From Octopus sinensis (Eukaryota): DNA of 64,000 nucleotides. Shown here in pieces: positions 37,368-52,914 of the stretch (positions within the stretch are counted from its first letter, which is position 1; every line of letters begins with the position of its first letter). Position numbers and translations under genes: made by a program. The notes beneath the pieces were generated by a model. The model was not told where the DNA came from and did not search any database. It saw only the letters and a program-made list of their open reading frames with translations. The stretch lies in NCBI RefSeq assembly GCF_006345805.1, contig NC_043005.1:32736001-32800000 (forward strand), in the 5' to 3' direction.

Positions 37368-38380
37368 GGTGGAACTAACAAAAAGATAAAAATTGAAAAA
37401 CTCTATCACTATTATGAATGTTGATTTAAGTTATGAGTGCGAATGCAAGTGAAGTCTGATTTAAAAACAAAATTACCAACAAAAAAAAAACAAAAAGAGA
37501 AAAACCTTCCCTATAACAACCACAAAAAAATTTAATATCTTTGTTCTGTGATTGAAGCTTCCAGTTTGTTCCATGACCTGACATGGTAACCACTGCCAAC
37601 AGTGTCAAGTTACCATTGTGTCCACAAATCCATACTGACAACTGTCTAGTTAGCATTGCTTTTTTTTCCCAGCCACACATTCGTACCTAGAATAACCCAC
37701 CATGATCTATCTCTGATTCTCTTTCATGAGCTTTGATGTTTGGCTTGAATGGTGCAACAAACAAAATATCTTACAAGATTCACATGCAGTTGATTTTCTT
37801 GTTCTTTTTTTTTTTGTCTTTTTTTTAACTTTCACTTTCTTCACACTCAGGTTATGAAAAATGATTAAAAAAACAAAAAAATCACTTTAAAAAAAAAACA
37901 AAATATGAACAATTATTTAAATTATTCTAATTTAAAGATTTTTGCATATTTATAAAGGTCATTCTTTTTCTTGATTTTCTTTTAATTTTTTTAATTGTTT
38001 ATTTTTATTATTATTATCATTATTATTATTGTTATTATTATTGTTTTGTTTTTTTTTTGCTTCCTTCTACAGTCAGAAGAATCAAAAAAAAATTCCATCA
38101 CACTAACAATATATGGAACATAAAATTAGTTAACCATTATTTCTTAATTTTGTTATTTTTTTCTTCCCTGTCCCCTCCCTCAGGTGCAGTGAGGGGTGGT
38201 ACTGGTAGCAGTCAATTTGACATTTATTAGACAAGAAGCAGAGATTAAGTTTGTCTTTTGTGTTGGTCTTTTCCTCCAGAAATTCCAACTCATTGGATCT
38301 GAAGTGCGGTAATTTCATGCCTACAGTCATGAAAATTGTAAATGAGAGAACAGGTACTGTTACTTCCCATAGGCTATCAG
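35945..38380 (+). other. Probable long 3' UTR of MRTF (end not determinable)
   Basis: Follows the stop codon. U/A-rich; AATAAA at 37309-37314; I saw no SINE/LINE copy until about 38400, unlike the flanks. Confidence 0.45.
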
Positions 38381-40539
38381 GAGGTTAATACCAAAGCTAA
38401 AGAAATTTGTAGTAAGAAGTTTGCTTCCCAACCACATGGTTGCAAGTTCAGTTCCATTGCATAGTACCTTGGACATGTGTCTTCCACTATAGCCCCAGGC
38501 TGACAAAAGCTTGTGAGTAATTTTGGTTGACAGAAATTAAAAGTCTATCATATATAGATGTGTGTGAAAAAGTACTTATGTTTCCACAAGTGTGGAAAAG
38601 TACTTGTTTCCTGGCCAAGGGAATGTTATAACCATCTGAAGATTATCTAATATTTTAACTGACCAATGTCAGAGTATCTGCAAAGGTCATGGGCAATGCT
38701 TCTTTCTCCAGATTCAACAAAATTTAAATAATGACAATACTTCTGCTGCTGATGATAATAAAAGGAAGGCAAAAAATGAATAATGCAATTAAATGTGATT
38801 AGTTCAACAATGATTCTTTGCTATCAGAAAATAAAATAGAAAGCAATAGAATCTGTTGATTTACCATTCATGGAATATTTTTGAAATATAAAATGAAATA
38901 TCAGATATGTGATATATTGATGAGTAAAACTATAATGATAATAGTAATAGTAATAATTTGGGGTTGGAAGCTAGTTGATTACATTAACCCCCAGTATTTC
39001 ACTGTTACTTTTATTGACTCTGAAAGCATGAAAGGTAAAGTTGACATTGGTAGGATTTGAACTCAGAACACAAAGCCAAAGCCACAATTTAGCCAACAGG
39101 AGTACAAAAAGAATCAATACATATTAAGAGCTCTGACTGGAACTCTCAAAAATGTAGAATCTACAATCTAAAGCTGTACCTTATTGGAACTCTTGATTTC
39201 ATTCCTTACAAGTTTGTCACACACATCAGCGAGCTGGATGCAACACCTTACATTAGAATGTTCAAATTATTAGCACCATTGGGAACAGCTGACATCCTGT
39301 GATATGTACTCTCTGTCTATGGTCATGTGGTGTGATGGAGAGTTCAGAGTAAGTACCCAACTTTAAGTCATGCTAAAGTAAGAAAGATATAATAACAACA
39401 ACAGCAACAATAATAATAATTTAAAATGAGAATTAAGATTCTGCCAAAACTTCCTTTCATGAATTACAAAAGATCAGAGGGTTTAATGTTGAACTCTAAA
39501 GTTTTGAATATTTGGAACATCTCAGCTGCTGGACAAGATTCTGGACTGTCACAGATAACTTTATCTAGAAAAGCCTTTAATCTGTTTCACAAAATTGTAT
39601 GGATTAGATAAGGACTTAGGTAACTTGGGACCTCAGAACCTTATCAAATACTTGCACTGAATAATGCTCTATAGTTATTCCGCACGCCTCAACTGACAGT
39701 GTGCTATCATTATTGTTGATAAAGCCATCAAACAGCTAATTAGATGAAAATTTTGTGAAACCAGTTTAATTAATGGCATTTAATTTTGTGTAACAGGTTC
39801 AGGGTTCCATTTTTGCCAGGGTCCAAGTTACTTTTTGTAGCTCTTGGGTGGTCAATAAAATTAACATACAGAATCAACATTCATATTGAAAATTTCACAA
39901 AAGAACAAAATGAAAGGAAAATAATGTAAAATTCAAAGAAAAGAAAGGAGAGAAAATATTTCAATATTGTTTGTGTTGAGTTGGCATGTAATGAAGATTT
40001 TGATTAATTTTTAGGATTTGGTGGGGATGTTGACTCTATAGCAATGTCATTGGTTTTATTTATATTTATGGATGATGATGAATATTGGTAGGTATAAGAT
40101 ATAATTATTAGCTTGGAGAAATGTGGGTGTTCAGGAAAATATGTTTCTTTTTCAACTGGAAACTTTACATATGCTCAGTCTTAAGTTTAATAGAAATGTA
40201 GAGTAAGGAATTTGTTTATCAAACCTTTCATGATGACAACAACAACTATGATAATATTTTCTTTATTAGCTAGGAAGACTCAAAGAGGATAATATAAAGG
40301 ACACTGTGGTGTGTGTGAATGTGATGTGTAAAACAAGTGATGAAAACAAATAACTATTAAATCATGCAATAGAGGGTGGGGATAGCTCCTTAAGTAAGGC
40401 TTAACAAGGAAACCCCACAAGACCACAATGACCATGAATACCAACAGCAAATTCCCTCTCTCACATTTCATTCCCCAGCCTACAAGTGTATGTTCAGAGT
40501 AGGCCCATTTACTACTCACCCACCATTTAAAGAATTTAC

Positions 40540-41010
40540 TTAGGGCAACACCTCCCTCTCTACCTTTAGCTCCTTCAAGTGGAACTTGAAAAAGTTAATG
40601 AGAATATGGCTAAGAGAAAGTGTCTGTTTTCATTCTTTTCAATTTTTTCTAACACACAACTTTCACCCATTGCCACTGAACAAAAGAAAACCACCTGCCC
40701 TTCTTGCTCAAAGGTGATCTTTACTGTGGACCTCATTGATACATGGATCCATCCTAGTTGTGACAACAGCTGTTTGTCTAAACTCCACATGATAGTAATG
40801 CTCACACACACACTGAGTGAGGGTGTGCCAAACAGTCTCTTTGCCCTGTGCACATCTTAGACCTGGCTGCACTTCTGTGTTTGTAGAGTACGTGTTGAAC
40901 TGGCCAGGGGTTTCTGGACGTTCTCCACAGTTCCAGGACTGAGAGTTTCCTCACAAAAACATTGATGCTCTTTCTCAGAACTAGTCCTCTATAAGTTCCA
41001 CTGATCATAT
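40540..41010 (-). mobile_element. Tx1/L1-clade LINE ORF2 C-terminal relic
   Basis: Across frames: WPVQHVLYKH..MCTGQRDCLAHPHSVC (degenerate zinc knuckle), KQLLSQLGWIHVSMRSTVKI, EGQVVFFCSVAMG and LINFFKFHLKELKVER. This resembles Tx1-like ORF2 ends from memory. Confidence 0.55.
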
Positions 41011-44000
41011 TGCTTGACTGGTAGAGAGTTTAAGAGGCTGACAACATTGTAACAGTTAATATTTTATTTTGTTTCCTTAGCAATTGTTGGGTCTGAAGTT
41101 CAAATCCTGGGAGCAGTTTTACTATTTCATCATTTATGAGGCAGCTTGGGCCTTGGAAAGAAACTTGTCATCTTTGGGATTAAGATAGTTAAAAAGAGGG
41201 ACATTAAATGTATCATTGAAAGTTTTAAGTGAAAATGTGAAAAAAAAACAACTTGGGGAAAAAAACTACCCCACTTCAGACCAATATGTAGTCTTATAGA
41301 TTTGTTAGAAAGGAGCTGTCATATTCATGCCCTTCCCAAACTGATATTGATATATGTCAGCTGTGAATTTAGATCAAAGGCATTCCAAATATGACCATAC
41401 TTTTTTTTTTCACCTGTTTTTATGTATAATGTATCTAGAATTACATTATGCAATGTGTCCTTCAAACAGTGAAGTGTTGAGAGAATTTGGGTGCTATTTC
41501 CAGCAGGTGGGGCAACTCTTATTTGCTCCAGGGGCCAGTTGGTACAGTCAACAACATGGGTTTTATACATCCAATATTTGATAATATCTTAAACAGATTT
41601 AAAATCCCCCTCATCTCCCTCCAGTACAATACACTTTGATCAAATCATCTGTTACAAATTTGCTAATGGACTTAAGACTAAAGCCTACAACTTCAAAAAT
41701 TTCTAGGGATTTTAGGGTGTTAGGTTTTTAAGTTTGAATCCCACTGAGAATATGTACATATTGGAGCAGCCCATGCTGCAGCTATTGTATTTTCTCTGAG
41801 CAAGGTGCTTGACTCAGCTTTCCTAAGACTATTTTTTAAGAAATCAACATTATATTTTCTCTTTCTCACTGAAACATGTTTGTATGTGTAAACTTATAAA
41901 TGTATAATACAATGTATGTGTGTGTATGTATATGTTCATATATATATATTTATAAATACACACACATATACACACTCCAATATGTATATAATGTTTGTAT
42001 GTATAGTGTATGTCTGTGTGTGTATGTTTATTTAGAAATGTGTGTGTTTCATGTAATGCCTCTATATATTTATTTCTTTGTGTTTATATATTCCATCACA
42101 TCACCTGGTTTCTGTAAATGATGGTTAAACAGCGATATGACCTACAATTTTAAGAAGCATTGCAACTGGATTTACACACACATTCATTTTTCTGTTGATG
42201 AGGAGCAGTAACTTCTAAGGAAAACTAATTAAAAGTGTATCTTTATATACTCATGCCATATATGCATACATACATACATACATGTGTGTGTATATGTACT
42301 GAATGAGTATAGGTATATGTACACTTGCATATACCTAAAATCTTACAGGGAACTTTGAAAATCTTTACAGATTATCTACAGAAATTTAATGATTTATGTT
42401 TAAAAATGTAACTTTTGACAAAAGTACGCTAATTGTATAAATGATAGTTGAAGGGTTAATATGTGAAAGAAAAATTATTAGGAAGATTGTAATGAGTTTT
42501 TTTAAACAGTAAAACTTCTGAGCCTCTCTCTATATGTTCCCCTCTACACACATATATATGTATGTGGGTGTTTACATGTATGCATATAAATGTATGATGT
42601 CTGTAGCCTCATACACACACATATCTCTGACATTTTGATAATCTGTTTTGAAATGGTCATTCCTTAAATCCCTTTTAACCCCGACAATATCAAAATTGGA
42701 AGTTATTTGGGCAGAAGGGACTTTCTTTTTCCTTCCTCCTTCTTTCACCCCCCTGTTATATATTACTGCACTATATTCTTAAATTTTTGCAATTTCTAGA
42801 GTATTAACTCCCCCTCCCTAACCACCCTGGAATTGAAGGAGTAAAACAATTCAGTGAAAATTATAGGTTGGCATTTGTACTTTGGCTTCTCATTGGTTGA
42901 CCAGTATCTACCTTCTTCCTCACTTCTCATTAGTTAGTGCACTTTCAAACATTTATTTAATCAGCCTCATCTTCAGCTGCATATTCAGTTTTATAATGAT
43001 TCTGAGCTTAAAAAAAACTATTGGAGAAATAAATTCCGTTTTTGTCTTTTTATTTATTTGTTTCTCAATTATTATTATTATCATTATTATTATTAACCAA
43101 AATTTCATAGTTGTCCTATGAGCTTGTTATTCTGTATATTTATAGTTTTGCCACCGGATACAGATAAACTACATTGATTACTACAAGAAAATTAGTTTAT
43201 ATTTTTTATGCTTTTCTCACAAATTTTTTCCTAAATCTGTTTCGAAACTATTTTCATTATTATCAATTCTATTGTGTTTTTGACATGTTTTTATTGTTTA
43301 TTGCATTCCTCCATTTCTTCTGCTAAACTTTCTACTCAGTTTTGGTGTGAGGTGTTTTTGCCAAATATTCTACTGAGAAGAAAAAAAACAAATCCTTTAT
43401 TTTTTTGGCTCAGCACTTCAGATGCCACTGCTATCAAGTTTGAAACACTCCAACAATTCCAAATATTTAAACATATCAGTTTCCAATTTTTTTTTTTATT
43501 GTTGTTTTTTTTTTTCTTCCTCTGATCTACCACTTAGGAAATTAAGGATTGAAGGATTTAAGCTAAGATAAAAATGTTAGACTGCCCTCACAGCTGCCAA
43601 TTTTCTGGCGCAACAGTTTTTGGTTGTTCTTTAGTATTGTTGAAGTTTTATGTTGGCTTAACCCTGGCAAATCCAAGGGGCTAATAGTTTGAAATAGCTT
43701 CACTAAAACTAAAACCAAAATGGAAATGTTTTTGATGTTAGAGATTTGAAATGTTTTAGCTTCTTTCAACCACATTTTCACACTTTTATTATCATATTTC
43801 TGTTGAAATACATTACCTTTCTTTCAATTAATTTTCAAAATAATGAAGAATTCATTAATAAACTGGTATTTGGAACATAAATTAATATGAAATTTTGATG
43901 GAAGGTTTGAATTAAAATTGACTTTAAAACAAAGTTTGTATCATTGAACCAGTGGTGGTCCTAGGTTAGTTGGTACCAAAAGATTTCATGAACATCTTGA

Positions 44001-45189
44001 TTATTTCAAAATTAGCTTTATTAAAGATATTTTTTGCAGCCCTGTTTGAATGGTGGTGGTGGTATGTGTTCAGAGTTATTTCATTCAAAGCACATCTTCA
44101 TCAACAGTCTCATGAGATTCAGTTGATAATGAAAACTGAGCTCTAGTTATATTGTTGTGCGAGAGCAGCTTGCTCTTTCTCTTGTATTGTGATGTTTCAA
44201 ATACTAATAGTAGATCAGGGTTTACAGATATTAACTTTTCAAGCAAAAGCTGGAAATGTAAAGATGGAGGATCAGTTTTCCCTGGATAAGATGCTGGTTT
44301 ATTACAACTGAAGCTCCATATCTAGTAGGGACATCTGTAATAGCTTTATTTTTGATAATACACCATGTCTTCATGGTAACAGAACAGTAATAAAAAGTGG
44401 GTTTATTTGAGTCTTCTTTTGGTTGATCTTGTAATATTCAAAATTCAAAAGGTAGAGTTTCCTTTGACAAGAGAATATATTTTACTTAGAGTTTTCCAAC
44501 CCTTTTAAAACCACTGTTTCAGGACAAGTATTTCATACTTAAAGAAAAAAACAAAAAAACAAAAAAAAAACATGTATTATGTGCTTCGAACAAATTATCT
44601 TTAAGGTTTTACTGCTGATGTTTTAACTGCATCCTATCATGAAATATTATTTTAATAACTCATTTAAGTTACTAACATTGCAGAACCAAACCATTTTAAT
44701 GGAGAAAAGAGTGGTTGAAGCATTCAAAATTAAACCCCTGTAATAATTATTTTTCTAATATCTTTTGGTTAAAATATGTTTAAGGATTTTTGACTAGCAG
44801 TCCCTTGTTAAAAGTGTCCTCTTTATCTCTTCAAAATAGTTAAGTCACATATATAAAAATGTTCTCTTTATATATCAATAGGATGGAGGTGGTGGTGGAG
44901 GAGGTGTTGGACTAGAAGAATGTAGTGGTGTTTAGTTCTAGTTCTTCAGTCAGAGTGCTGTTGAAGTTGACTTTGGTTTTCATTCTTCTGGATCTCAAAA
45001 AATAAAAATACTACCTGAGTACTGGAATCAATATAACTAACTGTCATCTCTCCAAAAAATGAATATAGCCAGTTAACCTTTGATGGATACCTCTGATCAC
45101 TAAAAGCTTAAGCAATTAACTGCTTGCTTGCTATATGTACCAGAAACATTTTGTCAAATAACATTTTGGATGTTTTGTTAGTTATGAGA

Positions 45190-46135
45190 CAGAATCATTT
45201 CCATGCTGTACAAAATGCTTAGCAATTTTTGTTTGTCTCTGTTTTGAGTTCAAATTCTGCTGAGGTCAATTTTTGCCTTTCATCTTTTTGGGGTCAATGA
45301 AATAAGTATCAGTTGAACACTAGTGATGCTGCAATCAGTTAACCTCTCCCCTTAACATCATTGGTCTTGTGCCAAAATTAGACTAGTATTAAGGTGGCAA
45401 GTTGGCAGAATTGATAGCATGCTAGAGAAAATGCTTCTTTATGTACTGATTAAAATTCTGCCAAGGCTGACTTGGACTTTCATTGTTTTAAGGGTCAAAG
45501 AAATAAGTACCAGTTGAGTACTGAGGTCAGTGTAATTGACTAGCCTCCTTCCCTGAAATTCCAGGCCTTGTGTCTGTCTTTACATTCTGTGTCCAAATTC
45601 CACTGAGGTTGACTTTGCCTTTCATTTGTTCAGGGTCAATAAAATAAGTACCAGTGAAACACTGAGGTTGATGTAATTGACAAGTCCCCTCACCTCCCAA
45701 ATTTCAGGCCTTCTGCCTTTAGAAGAAAGGATTATTATTATTATTATTATTATTATTAAGGTGGCAAGCTGACAGCCTCATTAGCATACTAGACAAATTG
45801 CTTAGTGGCATTTCTTCCGACTCTTCATGTTTGATGTTGATAACTGAGTCAAGAACTGTGGTTGATGTAATTAACTACTCCTCTCCCTTAAAATTGCTCT
45901 GCTGGAATTTGAAACCATTGCTATTCAGCAATGCTGAAGAGTGACAGAATTGTTAGCACACTGAACAAAATACCCTGCACTTGTTCCTGTTCTTTACATC
46001 AAATCCTGCCATGGTCAACTTTGCCTTTCATCCTTCTGGGATTCATAAAGTACTAGGTTTGAATACTGGATTTGAATTAATTGAGCTAACCTTCCTCCAA
46101 ATGTCTGGGCTTTGAAATTCATATTAGAAACAATT
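45190..46135 (+). mobile_element. Second head-to-tail array of SINE family B (5-6 copies)
   Basis: Same modules as 13175-14345; (ATT)n linker at about 45731-45757. Confidence 0.85.
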
Positions 46136-48649
46136 GTCATATCATAGAGAGTTGTTGAGGGATCAGGTCTGTTGACTAACTTTGATTTCCTCTTGTATAA
46201 AACTTTCATTTCAAATAAATTGCTAATGATTTTAAGAGAGGTCTGGACAGGACAACATCAAGAGAGATCTGGACAGGACATCAACTTGCTCTTAAAATCT
46301 TAATTCTTCGTACTCATAAAACCTATTTCACTCAATGATCCTGCGTCTTAATGTATAGACCTGGGTCGGATTTTATGAGGAAGACTACAATATCCTCTGT
46401 AATGCAAGTCTCTTTTCTCTCCACATCATTATTGTTTCAGGGGTTACTGTCAGAATATAAGGAGCCTGGACACTAATTGTATGGCATCTTGCTTTGAAGT
46501 CGGAGCAGAGTGAGTCAGAACAACAACTGTGGGTCAATTTGTACAAGACCCTAATGATTCTGCTTTAATACCTGCATCATAGATAATATGTCTTCATTGA
46601 GATTTTAAATCTAGTCCAAACCAATTGTGCTTTTACTTTCCCTATTGTTTATAAGTACCAGTCATATACTAGTGTCAATTTAATCAGTTACACAATACGT
46701 GATGGCTTCTTTTTGACACTCCCACTCCATCTCTGAAGAAAACTAAGTTCAACCAGAGAACATAAAGACTGTCTGCTTCTCCACTGTTTTTGCTTTCAAT
46801 TCAGGAACATAGCTGTGTTCTAGTATTGATAAAGTACTTATATTTAGGTTCCCAATCCTGCGAATGTTCTTTACAAATATCTCTGTCCTTGTGCAAGATT
46901 TCCAGCTGTTTGCAAGAAGTGATGCTTCATGAGATATCTGTGTTTTTGGGTGATTGATGAAGGATTTCTCTTCATGTACAGTCCCTAGCTATCACAGGAA
47001 TTGAACCCATATCAAAGACTCTGCTTGCCAGGAACTTGCATCCCTACAGAGAAAAGAAAAAAAGAGCCAGGTTGAGTAGTTGTAACCTATTACAGATATT
47101 TGTTGTCTGTGTGTGACAATGTGTGGTACCTGTATGTGATTCATGGTTAATGTTTGTTCACTGTGTGACTGATGCTTGTCAGTGTGTGATGATGTGTGAC
47201 TTGCTTGTGACACCTTGCTTCAAACTGATACTACCACTCAAGTATTGTAATGACCATGGAAATAAGCTACAAAATCATGAGTTCAAATACTTTTTCTAGT
47301 GTTGTGAAGAAACAGGTCACAGCTATATTGCAACTTTGATAGGTACATCATTATTGTATGGTACAAAGTTGAAAATTTGGTGTGGTTGATCTAACCTCAT
47401 CTATACTCCGGCAAATTTTTAATAATAATATTGAAAGAAGTTTTTCTGTGAAGCTATCATGTAAAATAAAACTATTGAACTCTAGATATATCCCTTGGAA
47501 ACAAACATCTACATCAGATTATCCCATGATAAAAGATGTTTACTAATATTTTAAACCCTAGATAGACCTTCTTTTAAAACCCAAAGGGTTTTTGCGCGTA
47601 TCTATGTCTCCTTCACATTAAAAGGTTATACTTCTCCCTCATAATATCTTCATGTTGTAATAAGTTACTAACATCTAGAACAATTACAGCCATTGCCACC
47701 ACCATCATTACAACCACTGAAACTAGTTCTATCTCTTATATACTGTTAACTGCCTTGACTCTACAGCACACTACTTTGGCCATCAATCCACCATTATTTT
47801 ATCAAACATCCACTTCCTTCCACTGGTTTCACTATTTATCTAATGGTTTTGTTTCACCTTTCAAACTATGCCTCACTTGAATACACAGATACCTTTATCT
47901 TTTAACACTTGTAAACAGTTTATTGGCCTTATTGAGAGAAATATGCCTGGAAGATATCATGGTGCAGGCACTATCTGCAAGAATTTAGCTGATTTTATTG
48001 ATTCCAGTGCTTATTTTATCAAATTCTGTTTGTTGAACTGCTAAGTTACAGGGATACAGCATTAAGAACACTGGTTCATGTTGTGTGCCATGACATGACC
48101 ACTGGCTCAATTGTTTCTCTTATTGGACAAAAGATGAAATGGAGAGAGAAAGAAATAATTGCTAGATATGCTGAGTTAATTGAATATTGATGTATATTGT
48201 TTTACAATACTGGTGTTATAACTCTGTAGAGTTAAGTAGTTCTTGTCTGTATATTGTGCTTAACAATAGCAGTGAACATAACCGATAATGCGTATACAAA
48301 TGTATAACATTGTTTAATGCACAAATATAGAATGGCATTAGATGTAAAAATGTCTCAGAAAAACTTGTCATAGAGTTGTGTGTTAAAAACATGGTTTCAC
48401 ATGGTGGCTATTAACATGAGTGCTGAATTAAACATAATTAGTGGGCATGAAGGTTTAATTATTCAATTATAATGATAATTATTATTACATGTGGAACACT
48501 GCTGAGCACATCCACCCTTCCCTGCTCAGTTGTCTCAATTTCTTCCCGAACTCAATTCAAAACACTTTTGGAGGATTTTAATGAGTATCACAACTTGCTT
48601 TACTGTTCCCTTAGAGCTATCAACCAGAAATTTATTGGTGAACGATGAC

Positions 48650-49020
48650 AAGTATGAGTGTTCTATGGCACTCCGTCGGTTCCAGTTGATCCAATCAACG
48701 GAACAGCCTACTCGTGAAATTAACGTGCAAGTGGCTGAGCACTCCACAGACACATGTACCCTTAACGTAGTTCTTGGGGCGATTCAGCATGACAAGGCTG
48801 GCCCTTTGAAATACAGGTACAACAGAAACGGCAAGAAAGAGTGAGAGAAAGTTTTGATGAAAGAGTACAGCAGGGTTCACCACTACCCCCTGCCAAAGCC
48901 TTGTGGAGTTTTAAGTGTTTCCACTCAATAAACACTCACAATGCCTGGTCTGGGAATCAAAACTGCGATCCTACGACTGCAAGTCTACTGCCCTAACCAC
49001 TGGGCCATTGTGCCTCCACA
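48650..49020 (-). mobile_element. tRNA-derived SINE family C
   Basis: Minus-strand head TGGCCCAGTGGTTAGGGCAG (A-box-like) and GTTTTGATTCCC (B-box-like), followed by a CpG-retaining body. A decayed body relative lies at about 49500-49720. Confidence 0.7.
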
Positions 49021-52000
49021 TGAATGTTCTAAAGCAGTGATATATAATATTTTGCAGAAGGCATTTCATACGGAAAACATTTTGGACCATTAAATATAAA
49101 TTTACTTTAAATTACATTATGTAACAATGGGACATAAAACTAGTTAAGGGCCAACAGGTATCCACCTGGATCATGTTATGCATTACTGATTTTTAAGAAA
49201 CCAGTGGAGGTCAATAGTTCAAGTTATTTCACTTGTAAATATTCTTCGGAAAGGCATGAACATCACAATGTACTTCCTTACAGATATAACAGGAAAAATT
49301 GTTTTGTGTATTTATCATTTATTAATTATTAAAATTCTCCTCTATAAGACAATATTTTTAATTCAATTTATTGCTGTCTTAGTTATATAAGGTTATTGAA
49401 GTTTCATTCATGCTGAGATTTCTTGGCTAATTGATATAATTAATTATTGGTCATTAACTTGACTGAATGTTTAAGAAGTTTATTTTGTAATCATGACGTT
49501 TCTGGTTTAATCCCAAGTTGTGTGACATGTGGAACAAATATCATTTACCATGGCCTGGAGTAGACAGAAACTGTGTTGAATGGATTGTACCAGTAATTTA
49601 AGTGGTCCAACCTTGACATACGCTGTATCACACTAATCCTACCTCAGGCTTATGTTGAAGTACATGGGTCTGTGGAGTACTTTGCTTCGTATATCAATTT
49701 AATGAGTGTATAATTAAATAAACAACTGAATATGTCTCATGAAAACTAAGATCCAGGTTAAAGCAAAATTAGTGTGATGGTTAGTTAAGATGTCATGATT
49801 AAATGAAAGCGCTTTATAATCATACTGATGATGGTGATGATGATAGCAATGGAATCTTTGTGTTTAGTATTTTTGTTGTTTCTTACAATACTGTGGAAAC
49901 AATGTCTACTGAAAGAGGGAGAAATAGTTTCTTTCTATGAGAAGACTTTTGCCAGTAAGTGCTTGAGATATTCAGTTTGTTGTGATGCTTGTCTTCATTT
50001 TGTTTCAAGTTAAAATGGAAAGTTTCTTCAAAAACCTAACTACTGTCTGTAAGGGGCATCACATTTCTTCTTCCATTCCCAGAGATTTTGGAATTAGTTT
50101 TAGCTGAAACAATAGAACACTAGACTATTTAGTTGTGTTTGTATGTTTTGAGTTCAAATCCTGCCAAGGTCAACTTTGCCTTTTAAGTATCCAGGGTTTA
50201 TAAAGCAATCACTCCCAGAATTTGACTGGTACTTCAGTTGACTACACTCATTCCTGGAATGTCTGGCTTTGCATCAGCATTTAAAATCCTCATTATAATT
50301 ATCATAATTCTCATTAATTAGTGCATCAAGTTAGTAATTCTTTGGTTAGTAGAGGCCAGATGATCTTAAAGAGGTTCTGTCTTACAAAAAACCACTTCCA
50401 TTCAACATAGCTACTAACACCAGTAAGATGGTTGCTCAACCTATTAGAAGCAACTGTCAAATCTATTTCAGATTACATTTCAGTCTTTAAATAGAAATGA
50501 ATACATTAGATAATATTAACTTAGATACCTACCAAAATCAGATGAGATAGTCATAGTTGCAATGCCTTTAATCATAGACTTGCTTGATCAAGGTTGACCT
50601 GGGGGTAAACTATGGCAGCCTCCAAAGTGAGCTTCTTCATGGTTATCAGAAATTACAGCCAAATCTTTCTCAGATCACACAGTAAAAGAGATATTTGATA
50701 AAATAGTCTAGGGTATACAACAATTGAACAGTAAGACAGGATAGCCATGGCAGGAAATATTAAACAGATTTATTCTTAGATCTATTTAATCACAGTTGAA
50801 TGTTCTCTTGTGATCACTGCTCTAGAGTTCAGGGATGTTAAACATCAACAGTAGATAACCTCTGTCATTGACCTTTGACATCACTGACCTCTACATGTCA
50901 AATATTTTTAGTTCAGTCAGAGTTAGTAAAGTTTCACTGAGATTATTCTTGATTTTTAGATTAAAGTTTTGAGTTTGACTTATGAAAGAACATCCTCATT
51001 GTTTTAATGTCCACTTTTCCATGTTTGCATAGGCCAGACAAAATTCATCAAAGCAGATTTTCTACAGCCAGGTTTCTTTCCTGTTGCCAACCTTCACCTG
51101 TTTCAAGTAAGGTAAAATTTGCCCTTGGGCAAGGATGTTTTCATGAAAGACTGAAAATGAGGGACTCTGCTGATACGATGGAGACACTTGTTAATAACTA
51201 TCCTGTGATGCCAAGAAGGCACACACACAAACACAAATACAGGATGAATTTTGTTCAGTTTCTGTCTACCAAATGTACCCATAAGGATTTGGTCAGCAGA
51301 AGACACTCACCTTAAGGTACCATGTGGTTGGCCTCACACTTTAAAGGGAGAACTACTCACCTTAAGGTACCATGTGGTTGGCCTCACACTTTAGAGAGAG
51401 AACTAAGTCATGTCATGTTGATCAGTTGAATTTATTGTTATAATTATCAAAATCTGCTAATAGCTGTTCAATATCACTGTAACCAGTAATTTTAATTGGT
51501 GAAATATCAATCAAACAGAAAAACACACCAGAAAAGTCTGTCTTTGTTGTTGTAATTTTCTTTTGATATTCGTCTTTGCCAATCTCTTTTAATCAATAAA
51601 GGTCTTATTGATTTCCTAGGTATACACAGTTTTGTAGTCATCAGACAGTCCTCCCATCAATCTATTACTTTATTGATTTATCAAATCAAGAAATGTTTTC
51701 GGAATTACATAATTGAAGATGTGTAAGTCTTAGATACAAGCCAAAACTTATAGCAGGGTTATAAGATGAATAAATTCTTTTTGCAGCCATGTGGACCATG
51801 GTTTGATTCTAGAACAAATGTCTCCTGTCTAATCTCAGGCTGGTGCCAGAGCAGAATAAGATTTGGCTCCTCTTAATACTATCATATGAGCTGTCATCTC
51901 CTAGTATAGACCACTTCTCAGTGTTTGTGGTCTTGCAAGCTGCATAGCAACTTCACTAATGCTGGTGCCATGACAAAAGCACCCAGTGCATGCTGTTAAG

Positions 52001-52346
52001 TGATTTTGTATGTCTCTTACTCTATATTTTAGTTCCCCCTCATACTTTCTTTTTCTCACTCCCCCTACCTCTCTCTCTCTCTCACATTTCTGGGCACTCC
52101 CTTTTATCTCTGTCCTAATTTTTGTTTCTCATATCCACCTTTGTATCGTCTATCTGTCCAAATGTTTTATTGTCCTCTATTGCGTTTTTGTTCCATTTTA
52201 TATATATAACTAATAATCTCTCACTGACCTCACAAATTAATGCTCTATAGTCAGAATTATGATTTAACTGTGAAAACTGGTTTTAAACACTATCTGTCTC
52301 TGTTAGTCTCGGTTCATCTGTTATCATTAAAATTATTATTATTATT

Positions 52347-52877
52347 GAGTAAGAGAGACATGCATGCCATCAAAGTGACACTGGGGTAAAATATACGAAG
52401 CCCGGTATACCCATCATTACTACCCATCTGATAAGGGTACACCAGGCACATGCATCACAACCATATGTGCACGACATGGTGATCTCATATCAAGATTAAC
52501 AGCGCATGACCTTGCAGGTGGGGCCCAGCTAGAATTTTCTTCAGCTCAAGTAGTCCATTCCACTCAAAGCGTCCCTGAACAAGGGTTGTTTAAGGGTGTT
52601 GAACGAAACACCCATGTTTCCACAGGTGAATTATCCAAACCCCAAAGAAATCCTCTCAACGCATGGTTATGATGCTGCTTGTGATCAGAGATGCACATAT
52701 CGTCAGCCACTAAGGGACATGCTCAACTGGTTAAGGTCAAACAACTGACAAACAAATCTATGGTATAGAGTAGAATATTAGTTGTAGCCCATCTTTTATA
52801 CCAAGACGAAACAATGTAAATGATAATACTTCCAATCAATTAAGATGAGAAGCCATGAAAGCCACTGCCTAGTACTG

Positions 52878-52879
<2 letters not shown>
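52347..52879. mobile_element. About 530-bp putative interspersed element bounded by (ATT)n
   Basis: GC/CpG-richer than its flanks, non-coding, with (ATT)n at 52332-52346 and 52879-52915. Single copy here; the repeat status is from recollection only. Confidence 0.5.

Positions 52880-52914
<35 letters not shown>

Noticed and set aside
48905-49020. tRNA gene candidates (also 16633-16710, 63901-63965)
   Set aside because: They have only A/B-box-like heads fused to repeat bodies, and I could not build a complete cloverleaf. They are SINEs.
51305-51404. 50-bp tandem duplication (also short ones near 2366-2432 and 46236-46285)
   Set aside because: Ordinary local slippage duplications with no further structure.
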